From Octopus bimaculoides (lineage: Eukaryota), in the NCBI RefSeq assembly GCF_001194135.2, contig NC_068981.1, positions 98,000,931-98,064,930 on the forward strand: a stretch of DNA of 64,000 nt, read 5' to 3'. The translations under genes were made by a program, and so were the position numbers. The notes under the pieces are model-generated. The model saw nothing but the letters and a program-made list of their open reading frames with translations, was not told the origin of the DNA and made no database searches. Position 1 is the first letter of the stretch. Each line of letters starts with the position of its first letter. Shown here piece after piece: positions 37,802-50,816 of this stretch.

Positions 37802-39918
37802 TACATATATACAGCCATGAGGTTGTATCAGAAAATATCTATACTTACAAAATAACGTTACAAACCAAGAAAATGAAAACTCAACATTTTAGGGAGAGTA
37901 TTGGTTCAAGCCATATTACATTCATTACTCAGATTTTCATGCTTGTAGTAATCTTCAGATAGATGATGGTGCAAACTCAGGTATAATAAAATAATACAGC
38001 AGTGATAATATTGTAGGTTTAATACAGCAGCAATAATATTATAGGTTTCCAGCTGACATCATCAAGGTTTTTACTTGCTTAACCTCAGTCAAGGCAAATC
38101 TGGTGACTTCATTTTGTTCAAGTATTCTATTATGGTTATAGACAGAAAATCTATTTTCACAATGATATTTAGTGATTAACTTGATCTTTCTGTTTAGAAT
38201 AACTGTTTTGTTTTAGTTAAAAGTTCCCTATACTATAGACATTACAGAAAGTTTTCTTTGATATTTGTTACAGACTTCTGTATTAACAATGAATAGATTC
38301 TAAAACCTGCTGTCTCTTTTAACTGTCACATATTGCTCAACAGAGCTGTGGTGCTCTGTTTGCAAATTTAAGATAGATTCGTGATCTGTGTAAAAATTCT
38401 TCTCTCATAGATATGATTTCAAACCTTGTCTTGGAAACTTTTTACAACCAAGGCAACACAACTCAGCAATTTTATAGTCATACAGCTGCTCATCTGGACA
38501 GTTGTCTCACTTATCAGTTTTAACAAACGGGAGAATTCTGTTTTATAGAGTTGTTTACATGCACACTGGCTGCATGGCTGTTAAATATATGTGTGACAAG
38601 GTTGTCAATCTTAGAAAAGCAACTGAAGTTCACTTTGATATTTCGGTTATTAAATAGCTTAGGTAGTGGTGAAATGTTTTAAAATCAAATCCAGAAAGTT
38701 TTTGTTTATATTTTGAGACTGAATAGAGGATGGGGTAAACAAGACAATATTTTAATTTGATATGTGTGTGTATGTGTGTGGAGGGGTCACTCATAGGCTG
38801 CATCTCTTTAGGAATGAAAGTAATTTCTTCTTTGAAGCTACTATTCTCTAAAACCCTGTTGTAGTAACTGGAGACACAATCAAACATTATTTTATCAAAA
38901 AAACATATTAAAAATATATTTGCCTATTTTTTAAAACTAGGTTCTTGAAGATGATAAAAAGCCAGTTGGAATTTCTGTTGATATATATGTGATTTAAAAA
39001 CAGTAAAATAATATATATATAATTTTCTAAATATGATTAAAAAACACTGGGCTTTTTATAGGGCTATAACTGACTGTTTCTAAATCTTAGTGACATCTAA
39101 AAGTTGTGCACATGGTCATAGCTGCAGTTAAGTCATAGTTCTCTAAAAGCATTGATTCATTCTCTAATACTCTAATTCTTCTAACTTGTATCTGTTAATA
39201 TTATCTTATATAACCGAACCATCAGCTCTGTACATTCCTATATTTAAGCTTTAAAATTTTGCTTTCAGTATATCTAAGATGTATAATTTTGGCAACTTCC
39301 AGGGATACTTTGCTGACATCAAAAGAACCGTTAATGTCTTTCAGCCATGCTACATCCCAGCTGAAAAGGAAAGATTTTCCTCAATGCATAATATCATTTA
39401 TGATGAAATATATTCTTTTACATTTTGACGATGTGATTTTTAGAATGACATTGTAAGATAGGTGTGAAAGGCCAGCAGAAAATTTGGGCTGGATATAGCT
39501 GGTTTAAACACTAAAGTGTTTAGCTGTTTTCTAATTAACTTTCATTCGTTGGAAATTTGATTTGGGTCATTTGTTAAGCATTTTGAAAAGAATATTTTTA
39601 CAGTAATTGTAATTTAAAAACTTTTGTCAGTTGAAAAACAAATTATAAAAAGTTGTGCTGAATATTACAAAAATCAATGTATACTGAAATGAAATACAAT
39701 TAGTACATGTGACCTTTATAAAATATTACAAAATTTGGAGCAGTTTTCAGGTATTTTATCACTAAACTGTTTTTCACACTTGTGTGGTTCAAAACTTATT
39801 AAACACATGGTTTTGATTCCAGTTGTACAGTGTGGAACTTTGGGCAAGTGTTCTCTACTTTGGCCCCAGGCTGATCAAAGCTTTTGGGCAAATTTCATAA
39901 ATGGAAATTGAAAGAAGC

Positions 39919-39953
<35 letters not shown>

Positions 39954-42110
39954 TATTTCTTTTGCCAGTTCCACTCTAGTTACTCTTGCTTACCTTTACA
40001 GCAACAAACTTGTTTTGGCTCAATCTTTCATACTTCAGCCTTTCAACACCCAGCATAAAGCTGTCTCCTTCTCTACTGTAGTTTCACTCAATTAAAAGGG
40101 ACTTTAGCCTTGCAAGTTGCAATGAGACCTTGAAATATCTAGTGCCATGAGAAAAAGTGGTTCACATTAAGAAGGGTATCAAGTCATAGAAACCAAGCCA
40201 AAACAGAAATTGGAACACATTGCAGTTCTCAGATCCATCAGATGCTGTGAAACTACCCAAACCAAGCCAACATGGAAGATGAGCATAACAAAATGGTGAT
40301 GATGATACACATGCACACACATCATACACACAGATATATATACACACATACATAAACATTGTATAGATTACGTACATAAATGTGTGTGTGTGTGTGTGTG
40401 TGTGTGTCTGTGTGTGTGTGTGTGTATGCGTGTGTATCACACCTGAATTCAATTAGAAACAAGGGGTGTAGCAAATCCATGACCCCAGCCAACCACATAC
40501 ACCACCTGATAAGTAAGAAAATACCATATAGGATAACTTGAGCCATAATAGATTTTGGTGTCCATATCAAGGTCAGCACTCTGCATGTGGACTCTGCCTT
40601 AAGGAAGCCCTCCAAATATTAATTCATGATTCACCACAATTACTTAATAAACAGCATGAAATATTATCTTCATGCAAACGTAAGTTCTATTGCACCTTTA
40701 GGTTCTTCCACAGGTCCAAATGCAAGCAAAATCAACACGCATGACACTTGCCTCTACAGTCACAATCATAACAATATACATGTTTTTGCCTTCGTCTATT
40801 AATACATATTACCTACATATGTATCTTCAAAGTTCGCTAGCTGCACTAATCCTTTTAATTGTTAATTTTTAATTTTAACTTTTAATTTTAAATACATTCC
40901 CTCTCCTTAAGTTAGGCACTTTAGCTCTCTTTATCAATCACTGAACTATACACATACAAATACATATATAAATACACAGAAACATATACACACACGCATA
41001 CATTTACACACACATACATAATACATATCCATGCACAAACACATATATCTATATGTACGCATACATATATATACAAATGCATACTACTAATATTCCGGTT
41101 TCATTTGGCTTTTGTATTTGTTTGGGTTCTTTTAAGTAATTTTCCTATATTTTACATTAACACAAAGCACATAGATATTTCAAAAGATAATTACACCATT
41201 TACTTCAGAGGATTAAATGAAAGTAAAGATGGTTAATCAAATAAGATTCTAAAGAATTCCCCCTACCTATATGTCTAGGTAATTCCCAAAAATGAAAACT
41301 TTACAGTAAATTCACTAGCTCCATGACACTGTAAAGGAAAACCTATTCATACAAGTTTTTTAAAAAATATATATATCCTTTTGTAAATGCAATATTTCCA
41401 CAGGACACAGCAATATACTTGAAGCATTTTTGTTAACAACATAAGCAAATATGAAACAAAAACACAAGATTACAAAGGTTCACTCAGAAAACATGACACT
41501 AATCTACATACAATACACAACCAGTATAGATTATATCAAATCTACCAGGGCCCTAAACTGTTTACCCAAGCACTCACTGGCATAATTATTCAGAGAGTAG
41601 AGAGATCTACAACCAAACATAAGGTCTATTAAACAGACTACAATTTATGACAAGAGACCACAGCCCACAAAACACTGACAACAAATTTCACATTCTAACT
41701 ATTTCCACACCCACATTCATACAATTTGTATAGGTGAGGGATGCGAGTTTAACTGTGATTAATTTTTATCCTTAGTCACTCCGTATCAAATACTACCCAA
41801 CAGACATTTCATAAACAAAGAAGAACACCTTGACAACTCAAACCTAAAACCATTTTTTCTTATAAGTGCTTTCCATAAACACTCACCAAATGCATCAAAA
41901 ATTCAACAACTATGTGGCCAAATTTTCTAAAGCTTACTTTGAAACCACATGGTTTCAGGTACAGTCCCATTGCATGGCACCTTGGACAAAGGTCATCTAC
42001 TATAGCCTCAGGCCAACCAATGCTTTGCAAGTGAATTCAATAGACAGAAACTGTATTGAAACCTGTCACACAAAGACACACACTCATATGTACATATATA
42101 TGTATATATA

Positions 42111-42450
42111 TGTTGTTGGCAATCCGTCGCTTACGACATCAAGGTTTCCAGTTGATCCAATCAACGGAACGTGCAAGTGGCTGAGCACTCCACAGACATG
42201 TGTACCCTTAGCGAAGTTCTCGGGGATATTCAGCATGACACAGTGTGACAAGGTTGACCCTTTGAATTACAGGCACAACAGAAACAGGAAGTAAGAGTAC
42301 AGCAGGGTTCACCACCATCCCCTGCCGGAGCCTCGTGGAGCTTTAGGTGTTTTTGCTCAATAAACACTCACAACGCCCGTCTGGGAATCGAAACCGCGAT
42401 CCTATGACTGCGAGTCCGCTACCCTAACCACTGGGCCATTGCGCCTCCAC
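42111..42450 (-). mobile_element. tRNA-derived SINE with (CAA)n tail, internally deleted copy
   Basis: Reverse complement of the 61234/62605 family; tgtatatata on both sides. Confidence 0.85.
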
Positions 42451-43410
42451 CTGTATATATATATATGTATGTATGTGTATCTTTGTGCTTGTTCACTTCA
42501 CTGCCATTTGACAACTGGTGTTGGTTGTTTATGTCTCTGAACTTAGTGTTTCAACAAAAGAGACCAATAGAATAAATATCAGACTTAAAAATAATAATAA
42601 ATAAGTACCCATCAAGGAAGTGATCTTGCATGGCTGTAGTCCAATGACTGGAACAATTGAAAGTAGAAGAAGAATCACCATTGCTCTAAACAAAACCTCT
42701 TCCTCTTCTATTTGCTTCGCATAAATATATATAGCCAAATACATCAAAACTGCTAGAAGTTCAACTACTTCTGGAAGGCCAAATTTTCTAGTGAGATTAC
42801 AAAACAGCTAAAGAGTTCACTTGTCATTGCACTAAACAAGACCTCCCCATCCATCTCTACTGTAGTCACCATCTAAAACCTGTTGACAAACTAGCAGACT
42901 GATAACTGTTCTATTTTCAGCACTATAGTACCAGGTTCAAGACATGGAATCAGTCTGCCTAAGACAGGAATTAAAGGAGTTACCTTCATACCACGCGAAA
43001 ATGCATGGTATAGTGCTTTGTGTGTTGAGCTTATGATCATTAGATCACAGGTTCAATTCTTGCACTAGGCAGTGATTGTACGCTTGAGCAAAGCACTTCA
43101 GTCTACTTAGCTAAAATGAGTACCAGTGATAACTTGTGGGCAGTAAACTCTATGACAGACAGGTATCACATTTAGTGAGGAATCTGTACTTTCAGTTGCT
43201 TAAACACTAAGGGATGTAGGATAAGCTCTGCCCTAATGAACCAGTAGGTTCGAAACAGATTTTAAGTTAACCTTTATACCATAAGTTGTTGCTATTGTTC
43301 AACCCAGATCAACCTAGATTGAGACAGCATATGATCAAAAGCACTTCAGTCATGACTATCTCATCTTGTGTTTTCTCATATTATTTTTTAAAACAGAATA
43401 AAAAGTAAAG

Positions 43411-43524
43411 TTCCTTTCTGAGTCATATAGACTCATAGGGCCAGTTTCCTGGTTTCCATCATCATGATCATCATCTTGGAAACCAGGAAACTGTCCCTAT
43501 GAATCTATACGACTCAGAAAGGAA
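43411..43524. repeat. 48-bp inverted repeat (45/48 identity) with 18-nt spacer at a SINE 3' end
   Basis: 43411-43458 versus 43477-43524. Confidence 0.9.
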
Positions 43525-44493
43525 TGACGTATATATTCCCCACCTGGGCAGGATGTCACTCTGTCACAGGGTTACTCAATGTTGATAGCTGAGTGGACCG
43601 AAGCAACATGAAATGAAGTGTTTTGCTCAAGAACACAATGTGTTGCCCAGTCCAGGAATCAAAACACAGTCTTATAATCATGATCCAACACCCTAACCAC
43701 TAAGCCACACGTCCCCACTAGACATAGTATACCCAGGACAATATTATTCAAATGTGTCTTTTTCTTTTTTTATAGGAAGGTTTGGCTGCTATTTTGAGCA
43801 GGTTGAGCAATCATGTAGTGACCTTTTTACTGGTTTCTTCATACCATTAGGGTACACAGGCTGGTATTTAAACCAAGATAATAGTCTTTACATAGTCACC
43901 CTATCTGCTAGAAGTAGCAACCTAATCACACTAAAATCACACACTATCACCTTAACAAGAACATTTTAGATAATGTAGTTGGGAGCTCCCTGCACACAGA
44001 AAAGAGACAGGATGGTTACAACTAGAATGTCTTTGATCATAAGCTTTTTCATTCAGAGCTGACCTAAAGCTAAACAAACAACATGATACAATTAATTCAA
44101 CATGTTTCACAAGATAGAAAAATACAACCAGAGTCAATGTGTAGCTTCTTATTATAAAAACCCCTTCACCATCACAGCTCTTCCATTTAATTCAAACTCA
44201 TTAGTAACTAATTAGTACAAGCAAAAGATCAATGGCAATGATACTAAAAACTCCATCAAATGTATAAGCTATATGTCAAATAGCATGTTGGGTTGAAAAA
44301 CCTTCTGGGACAGAGAAAGTTGAAGGCTATCTAAAAGCGTTTTTCATCCTGATATTTACATGCTATTATCTATAGCTTTATGTGCATGCTTTGAAAATTC
44401 AAAAATGAAAAGAAACAAAGGAAAAAGAATTATTTCACATTCTCTCGAATGTTCATAAAACTCTTTTATATATACATACATGTATATATATAT

Positions 44494-44925
44494 CATCATC
44501 ATCATCATCGTCGTCGTTTAACGTCCGCTTTCCATGCTAGCATGGGTTGGACGATTTGACTGAGGACTGGTGAAACCGGATGGCAACACCAGGCTTCAAT
44601 CCAATTTGGCAGAGTTTCTACAGCTGGATGCCCTTCCTAACGCCAACCACTCATATCTTGTACTAGTGTCATGTAAAAAGCACTCGTGCTAGTGACACAT
44701 GAAAAGCACTGGAGCTGGTGTCACATGAAGTGGGCCCATGCTGTGCCATATAAAAAGTACCCAATACACTCTGGAAAGTGGTTGGCATTAAGAAGGACAT
44801 TCAACTGTTGAAACCATGCCAAAACAGACAATTGGAGCCTGATGCAGTTCTCTAGCTTGCTAGCTCCTGCCAAACTGTCCAACCCACACCAGCTGGGAAA
44901 ACAGATATTAAGTGATGATGATGTC
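44494..44925. mobile_element. Two RTE 3' UTR fragments in inverted (head-to-head) orientation
   Basis: Minus copy 44494-44655 (CpG-rich) and plus copy 44660-44925. Confidence 0.75.
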
Positions 44926-46860
44926 ACACACACACACACACACACACAATGAAAATGTTTTATGCCCACTTTACATCCTGACATAGATTGGATTGAAAGT
45001 CAAGGTCCAAGTTACTTGGGGGTCATTTCTTCCTGGATGGGTTGGTGGACTATATCTCACTTGAACGTTATTAAGTTTGGCATGGTTTCTATGACTTGAT
45101 GCCCTTCCTACCACCAACCATTTTACTGAACGTACTGGGTTTCATATTAGCACAACCACTGGAGAGATTTTGTATCCTCAACAAGAAAAGATGAAGAGAC
45201 TTCTCAACCCTACATAGTTTCTACTCATTCATCAATCAGTTTAAAGAGAGCAAAGGGTACACTTGCAATCACGACCTGTAAGAGCAACACTAAGATTTAA
45301 AAAGATGATTCATCATTTCATTATAGCTGTGTTGCTAATTAGTGTCATTGTTCTGATTTTATTTGAATGCTTCAATTGCCAATGCAAGGAATAGAGATGT
45401 CAAGAAAACATATTGTTGGATGATACAGAAATGACTGGTGATAGAGAACAAAGGATAAAATACTACTTCCATGATTAAAAATAAAATAGCTACGAGGCCA
45501 AAATAGGAAAATTGTCTATTTGTCTGAAGAATATTTTTCAGAATGCATGAACTATGCTAACATTCACCACCACTCTTTACATGCAGTTTTAATTAAAAGT
45601 AGTAGCCAGATCTTCCTTGCATCATACACCCTATTGTTTTGTTTATCACATTAGGTTATCAGATAGTTACAGCTGGAATGCTTTTGGTCGTAAGTTTTCT
45701 AAGCCAAAGCTAACTTGGAGCTGAATAACAAGAACACCAAATAATTCTACAATATAAAATATAGTGGTAAATATAAACCAATTTCTAATAAGATGCATTG
45801 ACTGCCATGACTGCAATATTAGCTTTTCCATATAAATGTATCTGATTTTTTTTTCCTTCTCAACAATTGCTAACTAAACATCTTAGAAAGTTTCAGTAAT
45901 CTTAATCCACAAATAAGATAAAGTTCTTTAAAAAGATACCATACCTTATCAACAATTCTGATTAAGAATATTATACTGGAAGCAATGTTTAGAGCACATA
46001 TGAATTAAATTTCAGATATGATTGAACTAAAAACAACTTTACAATTAAATTTATCTTCTGAGACTATTGTCTAATGAAACACATTATTTGCCTGGAACAT
46101 AACATAAATGATATCGGAAAGTTTTTAAGTTAGACGTGAACATTGTGAATCATAGGATAAGGAGCGGTCTCAGGTGAGTTGGTATCAAAATGATTAATCA
46201 ACAATTCCCATCATATCTAATACATGTGGGGGAAGAAGTGGTAGAGAACCTTTATGGGGACAGTCATTCACTTCACTAGAAACAATAACCAAATCTCCCT
46301 CAAATCACACCCTGTCATCTTAAAAAATGAAGTACACATTAGATAATGTGATCCTAGACAAGCTGTCTCAAAGAACAAAAAAGTAAGGTGAATAGGGCCA
46401 TAATGACATCAACCATAAATTTGCTCATTCAATCTTGACGTAGGGCTAAACAACAGTTGATCCAGGTTTCTCAATATATAACAGACATATATATATACTC
46501 TTTTACTCTTTTACTAGTTTCAGTCATTTGACTGTGGCCATGCTGGAGCACTGCCTTTAGTTGAGTAAATCGACCCCAGGACATATTCTTTGGATGCCTA
46601 GTACTTATTCTATCGGTCTCTTGCCGAACCGCTAAGTTACGGGGACGTAAACACACCACCATCGGTTGTCAAGCGATGCTGGGGGGACAAACACAGACAT
46701 ACATATATATAGATATATACGACAGGCTTCTTTCAGTTTCCGTCTANNNNNNNNNNNNNNNNNNNNNNNNNNNNNNNNNNNNNNNNNNNNNNNNNNNNNN
46801 NNNNNNNNNNNNNNNNNNNNNNNNNNNNNNNNNNNNNNNNNNNNNNNNNNNNNNNNNNNN

Positions 46861-46906
<46 letters not shown>

Positions 46907-47111
46907 TTATTATTCATGGTTAGCTGCTAACCGTAAACTATAAAATAATTTTTTTCAGTTTATTGAACTTTGATATGGGAAAAGTTTACAACCTTCTACA
47001 TCGATAAACCACTATTGTTCCTGAAAGTTGTTTTTTATACCTTCTACAGATTGCTCAAAGCTTACTAACTTCACACACCTTGGTCCTTGGATCTTACTTA
47101 TATATATATAT

Positions 47112-47321
47112 AGTGATGCAAACAGGAAAAATAGAACTCAGAATATGAGTATATGTATATTATTATTAATATTTAGCAGAAGCAACAAAGTGACTCAAGG
47201 TCCGAGAGTCTTGTGTGTTCAGCACTTACCAAACTTTTTGATAAATTTGATAGGTGCTAAAACACAAAACTCTCGGACCTTGAGTCACTCTGTTGCTTCT
47301 GCTAAATATTGATAAAAATAT
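47112..47321. mobile_element. Foldback element carrying hammerhead-like motifs (copy 2), ~70-bp near-perfect stem
   Basis: 47163-47236 pairs with 47243-47315 around a 6-nt loop; abuts (TA)n. Confidence 0.85.
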
Positions 47322-47740
47322 ATGATCGTTGCCAGAGCACCAGCAGTCTGGCTTCCATGCCGGTGGCACGTAAATAGCACTATTTGAGCGTGATCGTTAC
47401 CAACGTTGCCTTCCTGGCACTTGTGCCAGTGGCACGTGAAAAGACATTCGAGTGAGATCATTGCCAGTACCGCTGGACTGGCTCCTGTGCAGGTGGCATG
47501 TAAAATACACCATTTCGAGCGTGGCCATTGCCAGTACCGCCTGACTGGTCTTCGTGCCGGTGGCACATAAAAGCACCCACTACACTCTCGGAGTGGTTGG
47601 CGTTAGGAAGGGCATCCAGCTGTAGAAACTCTGCCAAATCAGATTGGAGCCTGGTGCAGCCACCTGGTCCACCAGTCCTCAGTCAAATCGTCCAACCCAT
47701 GCTAGCATGAAAAGCGGATGTTAAATGACGATGATGATGA
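47322..47740 (+). mobile_element. RTE 3' UTR fragment with tandem-repeat block, young
   Basis: CpG-rich gccggtggcacgtaa units and (GAT)n tail. Confidence 0.8.
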
Positions 47741-49562
47741 ATGCTTGTCATAATATTATAAACAATGAATTGTAAAATGAGCACAAGGGCACATTCTAGG
47801 GGTGGTGGGAATATATTAATCAGATTAACTCATATTTAAATGGTGCTTATTTTATTGATTCTTGAATGATGAAAGGCAAAGTTGATCTCAGCATGGTTTG
47901 AGCTCAAAATGTAAAGGGGAATAAGTAACTAAATACCACAAGTACTTAAGTTTGCTGTTTTACTAATTCTGTCATTCACTGCTCTAAAATCATCAATAAT
48001 GCAGCATCACAGTTACAACTATAATCTAGGTGATCATTTCATTGTTAATATATGTTTAAATTCCCAAAGGATGGGATTGGTTTAACTCTTTAGCATTCAG
48101 ATTACTCTATCAAATTTAATCCTTATATATTCCCATTTCTCTAACCTCTCATCAGGCACAAAGCCACCTTCCTCAATACTATTCCTCTACCACCTCAGCC
48201 AAGGAGTCATGTCTTGTATATTATTTGGTAACCTCATTGCTGTGGGTGCTAAGTAAAAAGTACCCTGTAAGGTGTTTGGTGTTAAGAAGGGCATCCAGCT
48301 GTAGAAACTATGCTGAAACAGACTGAAGAGCTTGGCATCAAACCATCAAACCCATACCAACATGGAAAACAGACATTAAAAGATGATGGTGATGATGATG
48401 ATGCATTTTTTGTAGCTTCAAGAATTCAATGAGCTGATTATTTATGTTTTAGACTGACATTGTAGGGTAAGTGTCAGAGGCAGGATTTGGTTGGTTCGAA
48501 CATAAACTGGGTAAAATGCGCCATATATGGCCAGTTTAAATGTTTAAAAAAATTTCCCCTATCCCCATAACCATTTGCTGAGCAACAAAACAGTGGTATG
48601 GTTCATGTATCACAACAGCTGCTGTTATTGAATTCCAGATCAGTATGAACAGAGCAGACCTATGTTCAAAGACTTTCTAGTCATGACCTTCCATTTTTTA
48701 GTAGTAGAAGGAAATACAGGTGCTACTTTTAGCAAATGGAGCAACCACATGCAAGTGCCCTGTTATGACCCCTGGCAGTGACGCACACACACACACACAC
48801 ACACACAGAGGCTTGCATACAGTTTCCATCCACCCAATTCACTCACAATCTGGGGCTATAGTAGAAGATACTTGCCCAAGGTGTTGTACAGTGGAACTGA
48901 ACCCAAAGCCATGTGGTTGTAAAATGAGCTCCACACAGCCATGTCTGCAATAGATTACATAAGCTATGATACCATTTCTATAGACATCAACAACAACAAC
49001 ATGGCTACTTGATATCAACCATAACAATGCTATTACATGGCATCACTCACAGCAACATGGCTTCAGACAGCAACCACAATGCAACTGCTACATGGGTTCA
49101 CACCTAATTCATCATGATAAATTCATTACTGTTAATTACAGTATGGTAAATACATTACTTGTATCTTCATCAACTGACAGTTTCACAACAAGGCAATTAT
49201 ATTATGAGCCAATATATCATTGATAAGTTCATCTTCATGCCAAATATATCACTAGATATTAATTAAAAAGTTATATTCACAGAGCAGATACTTTACATTT
49301 TCATTAACAATAAAAAAGAAATTAACAAAAAAATTTCCATCCTACAATCGAGAAATTTTTAAAAACCACAAGAAAGAACAATCAAGAAATGAAGTGATAA
49401 ATCAAACAAAATATTACTGGAACAGAAATGTCGCACCACAAAATGATATATATAGGTAGTGCATTGAGAATTCAATATACTGTCAGTGAATATCAAAAAA
49501 ACAAAACATTGATTATTTAAAAGGCATTGCCCATTATGTTTTTCCACCTCTAGTTTCAGTCT

Positions 49563-50816
49563 TCGTTGTGATGTGGTGGCTTCGTTGCCTCAATGACTCT
49601 GAGTTATACTGGTAGACCACAAGCTTCTGGTAGGGTCTCCCATGCTAGACCAGTCAAACGATAGAGGCCAGACTAATACAAGGCGGTATCAAAAAGTTCC
49701 CAGACTAGTTCTGTAGCATATCAACAGATGACAGCACATGGTTGCATGCACAGTGATAGCTAGCAGTGACCCTCATGAGACTGTGTGCTGAGTGACATCA
49801 CTGTGTTTACTTTGCAAGTTGTGAAATTTGTGTTTTTGTGATCATCTGTATGCTGTAGTCTGCAATTTTATCATGGACAGGAACAAAGAGCCAATGTGAA
49901 ATTTCACATTAAACTTGGGAAGTCTGCCACAGAGACATTGAGCATGATTTGGCAAGCTTACAGTAATGAAGCAATGGGTTGTACGCAATGTTTCAAGTGG
50001 CACGGGTGCTTCAAAAGTGGAAGATGAGCGACTTTTCAAAGAAGATGGATAATCTGCAAGACCTGTCATGAGCATCACTCCTGGAAATGTGGTATTGTGC
50101 ATCAAGAATTCATCCCCGAGGGCCAGGCCATCAATCAAGAGTCCTACTACGACATTTTGAAACATTTGAGGGAGGACATTCAACGGCAGCATTTGTGGAG
50201 CACAAAGAAGTGGATTCTTCACAATGACAATGCACCCTGTCACCAAGCTCTCGTCACTCATGAGTTTCTTGCCAAAACCAACATGATCTCACTTCCATAC
50301 CTGCCCTAGTCACCACCTTCCATCTCTTCCCCAAGATAAAAATGCAGCTCAAAGGTTGCCATTTTAACACCATTGTCAAGATCCAGAGCAAATCGCAGAA
50401 AGCCCTCAACTTGCTTACAGAAAATGACTTCCAAGCAAGATTCCAAATGTGGCAGGAATGCTGGATCCAGTATATTGCTGCACAAGGTGACAATTTTGAA
50501 GGAGATGATATAAACACTTAGGTAAATAAGTTATTTTCTATTAAACATAACTAGTCCGGGAACCTTTTGATACTACCTCATGTGAACCACTTCTTTCCAG
50601 ATGTAAAGACAGGTTTGCTTAGGGCCAACACCCTACTTACAAAAAAAGCAAAGTTACAGACGCATCAATGAAGATTCAAAACCAACAAGCCCCGGGAGGA
50701 GAAGCAAGAATCCAATGAGGGAGAAGTGGAAAAGACAGTCTAGAGTCAAGAACAGTGAAGAAAAGTCACTGATGGCCAAGGCTCAATTGGGAGCAATGAG
50801 CTAAAGTAAGCAAGCA
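49563..50816 (+). mobile_element. Short RTE-derived element (5' UTR-like plus 3' end) split by a mariner
   Basis: ggtagggtctcccatgctagaccagtc...ccagactaa and agggccaacaccctac resemble recalled RTE/Rex3 5' UTR sequence; ends aagtaagcaagca. Confidence 0.55.
49679..50580 (+). mobile_element. Internally deleted non-autonomous mariner, 902 bp (same family as 18808)
   Basis: TA then caaggcggtatcaaaaagttcccagactag ... ctagtccgggaaccttttgatactacctca. Remnant IVHQEFIPEGQ...WILHNDNAPCH. Confidence 0.92.
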
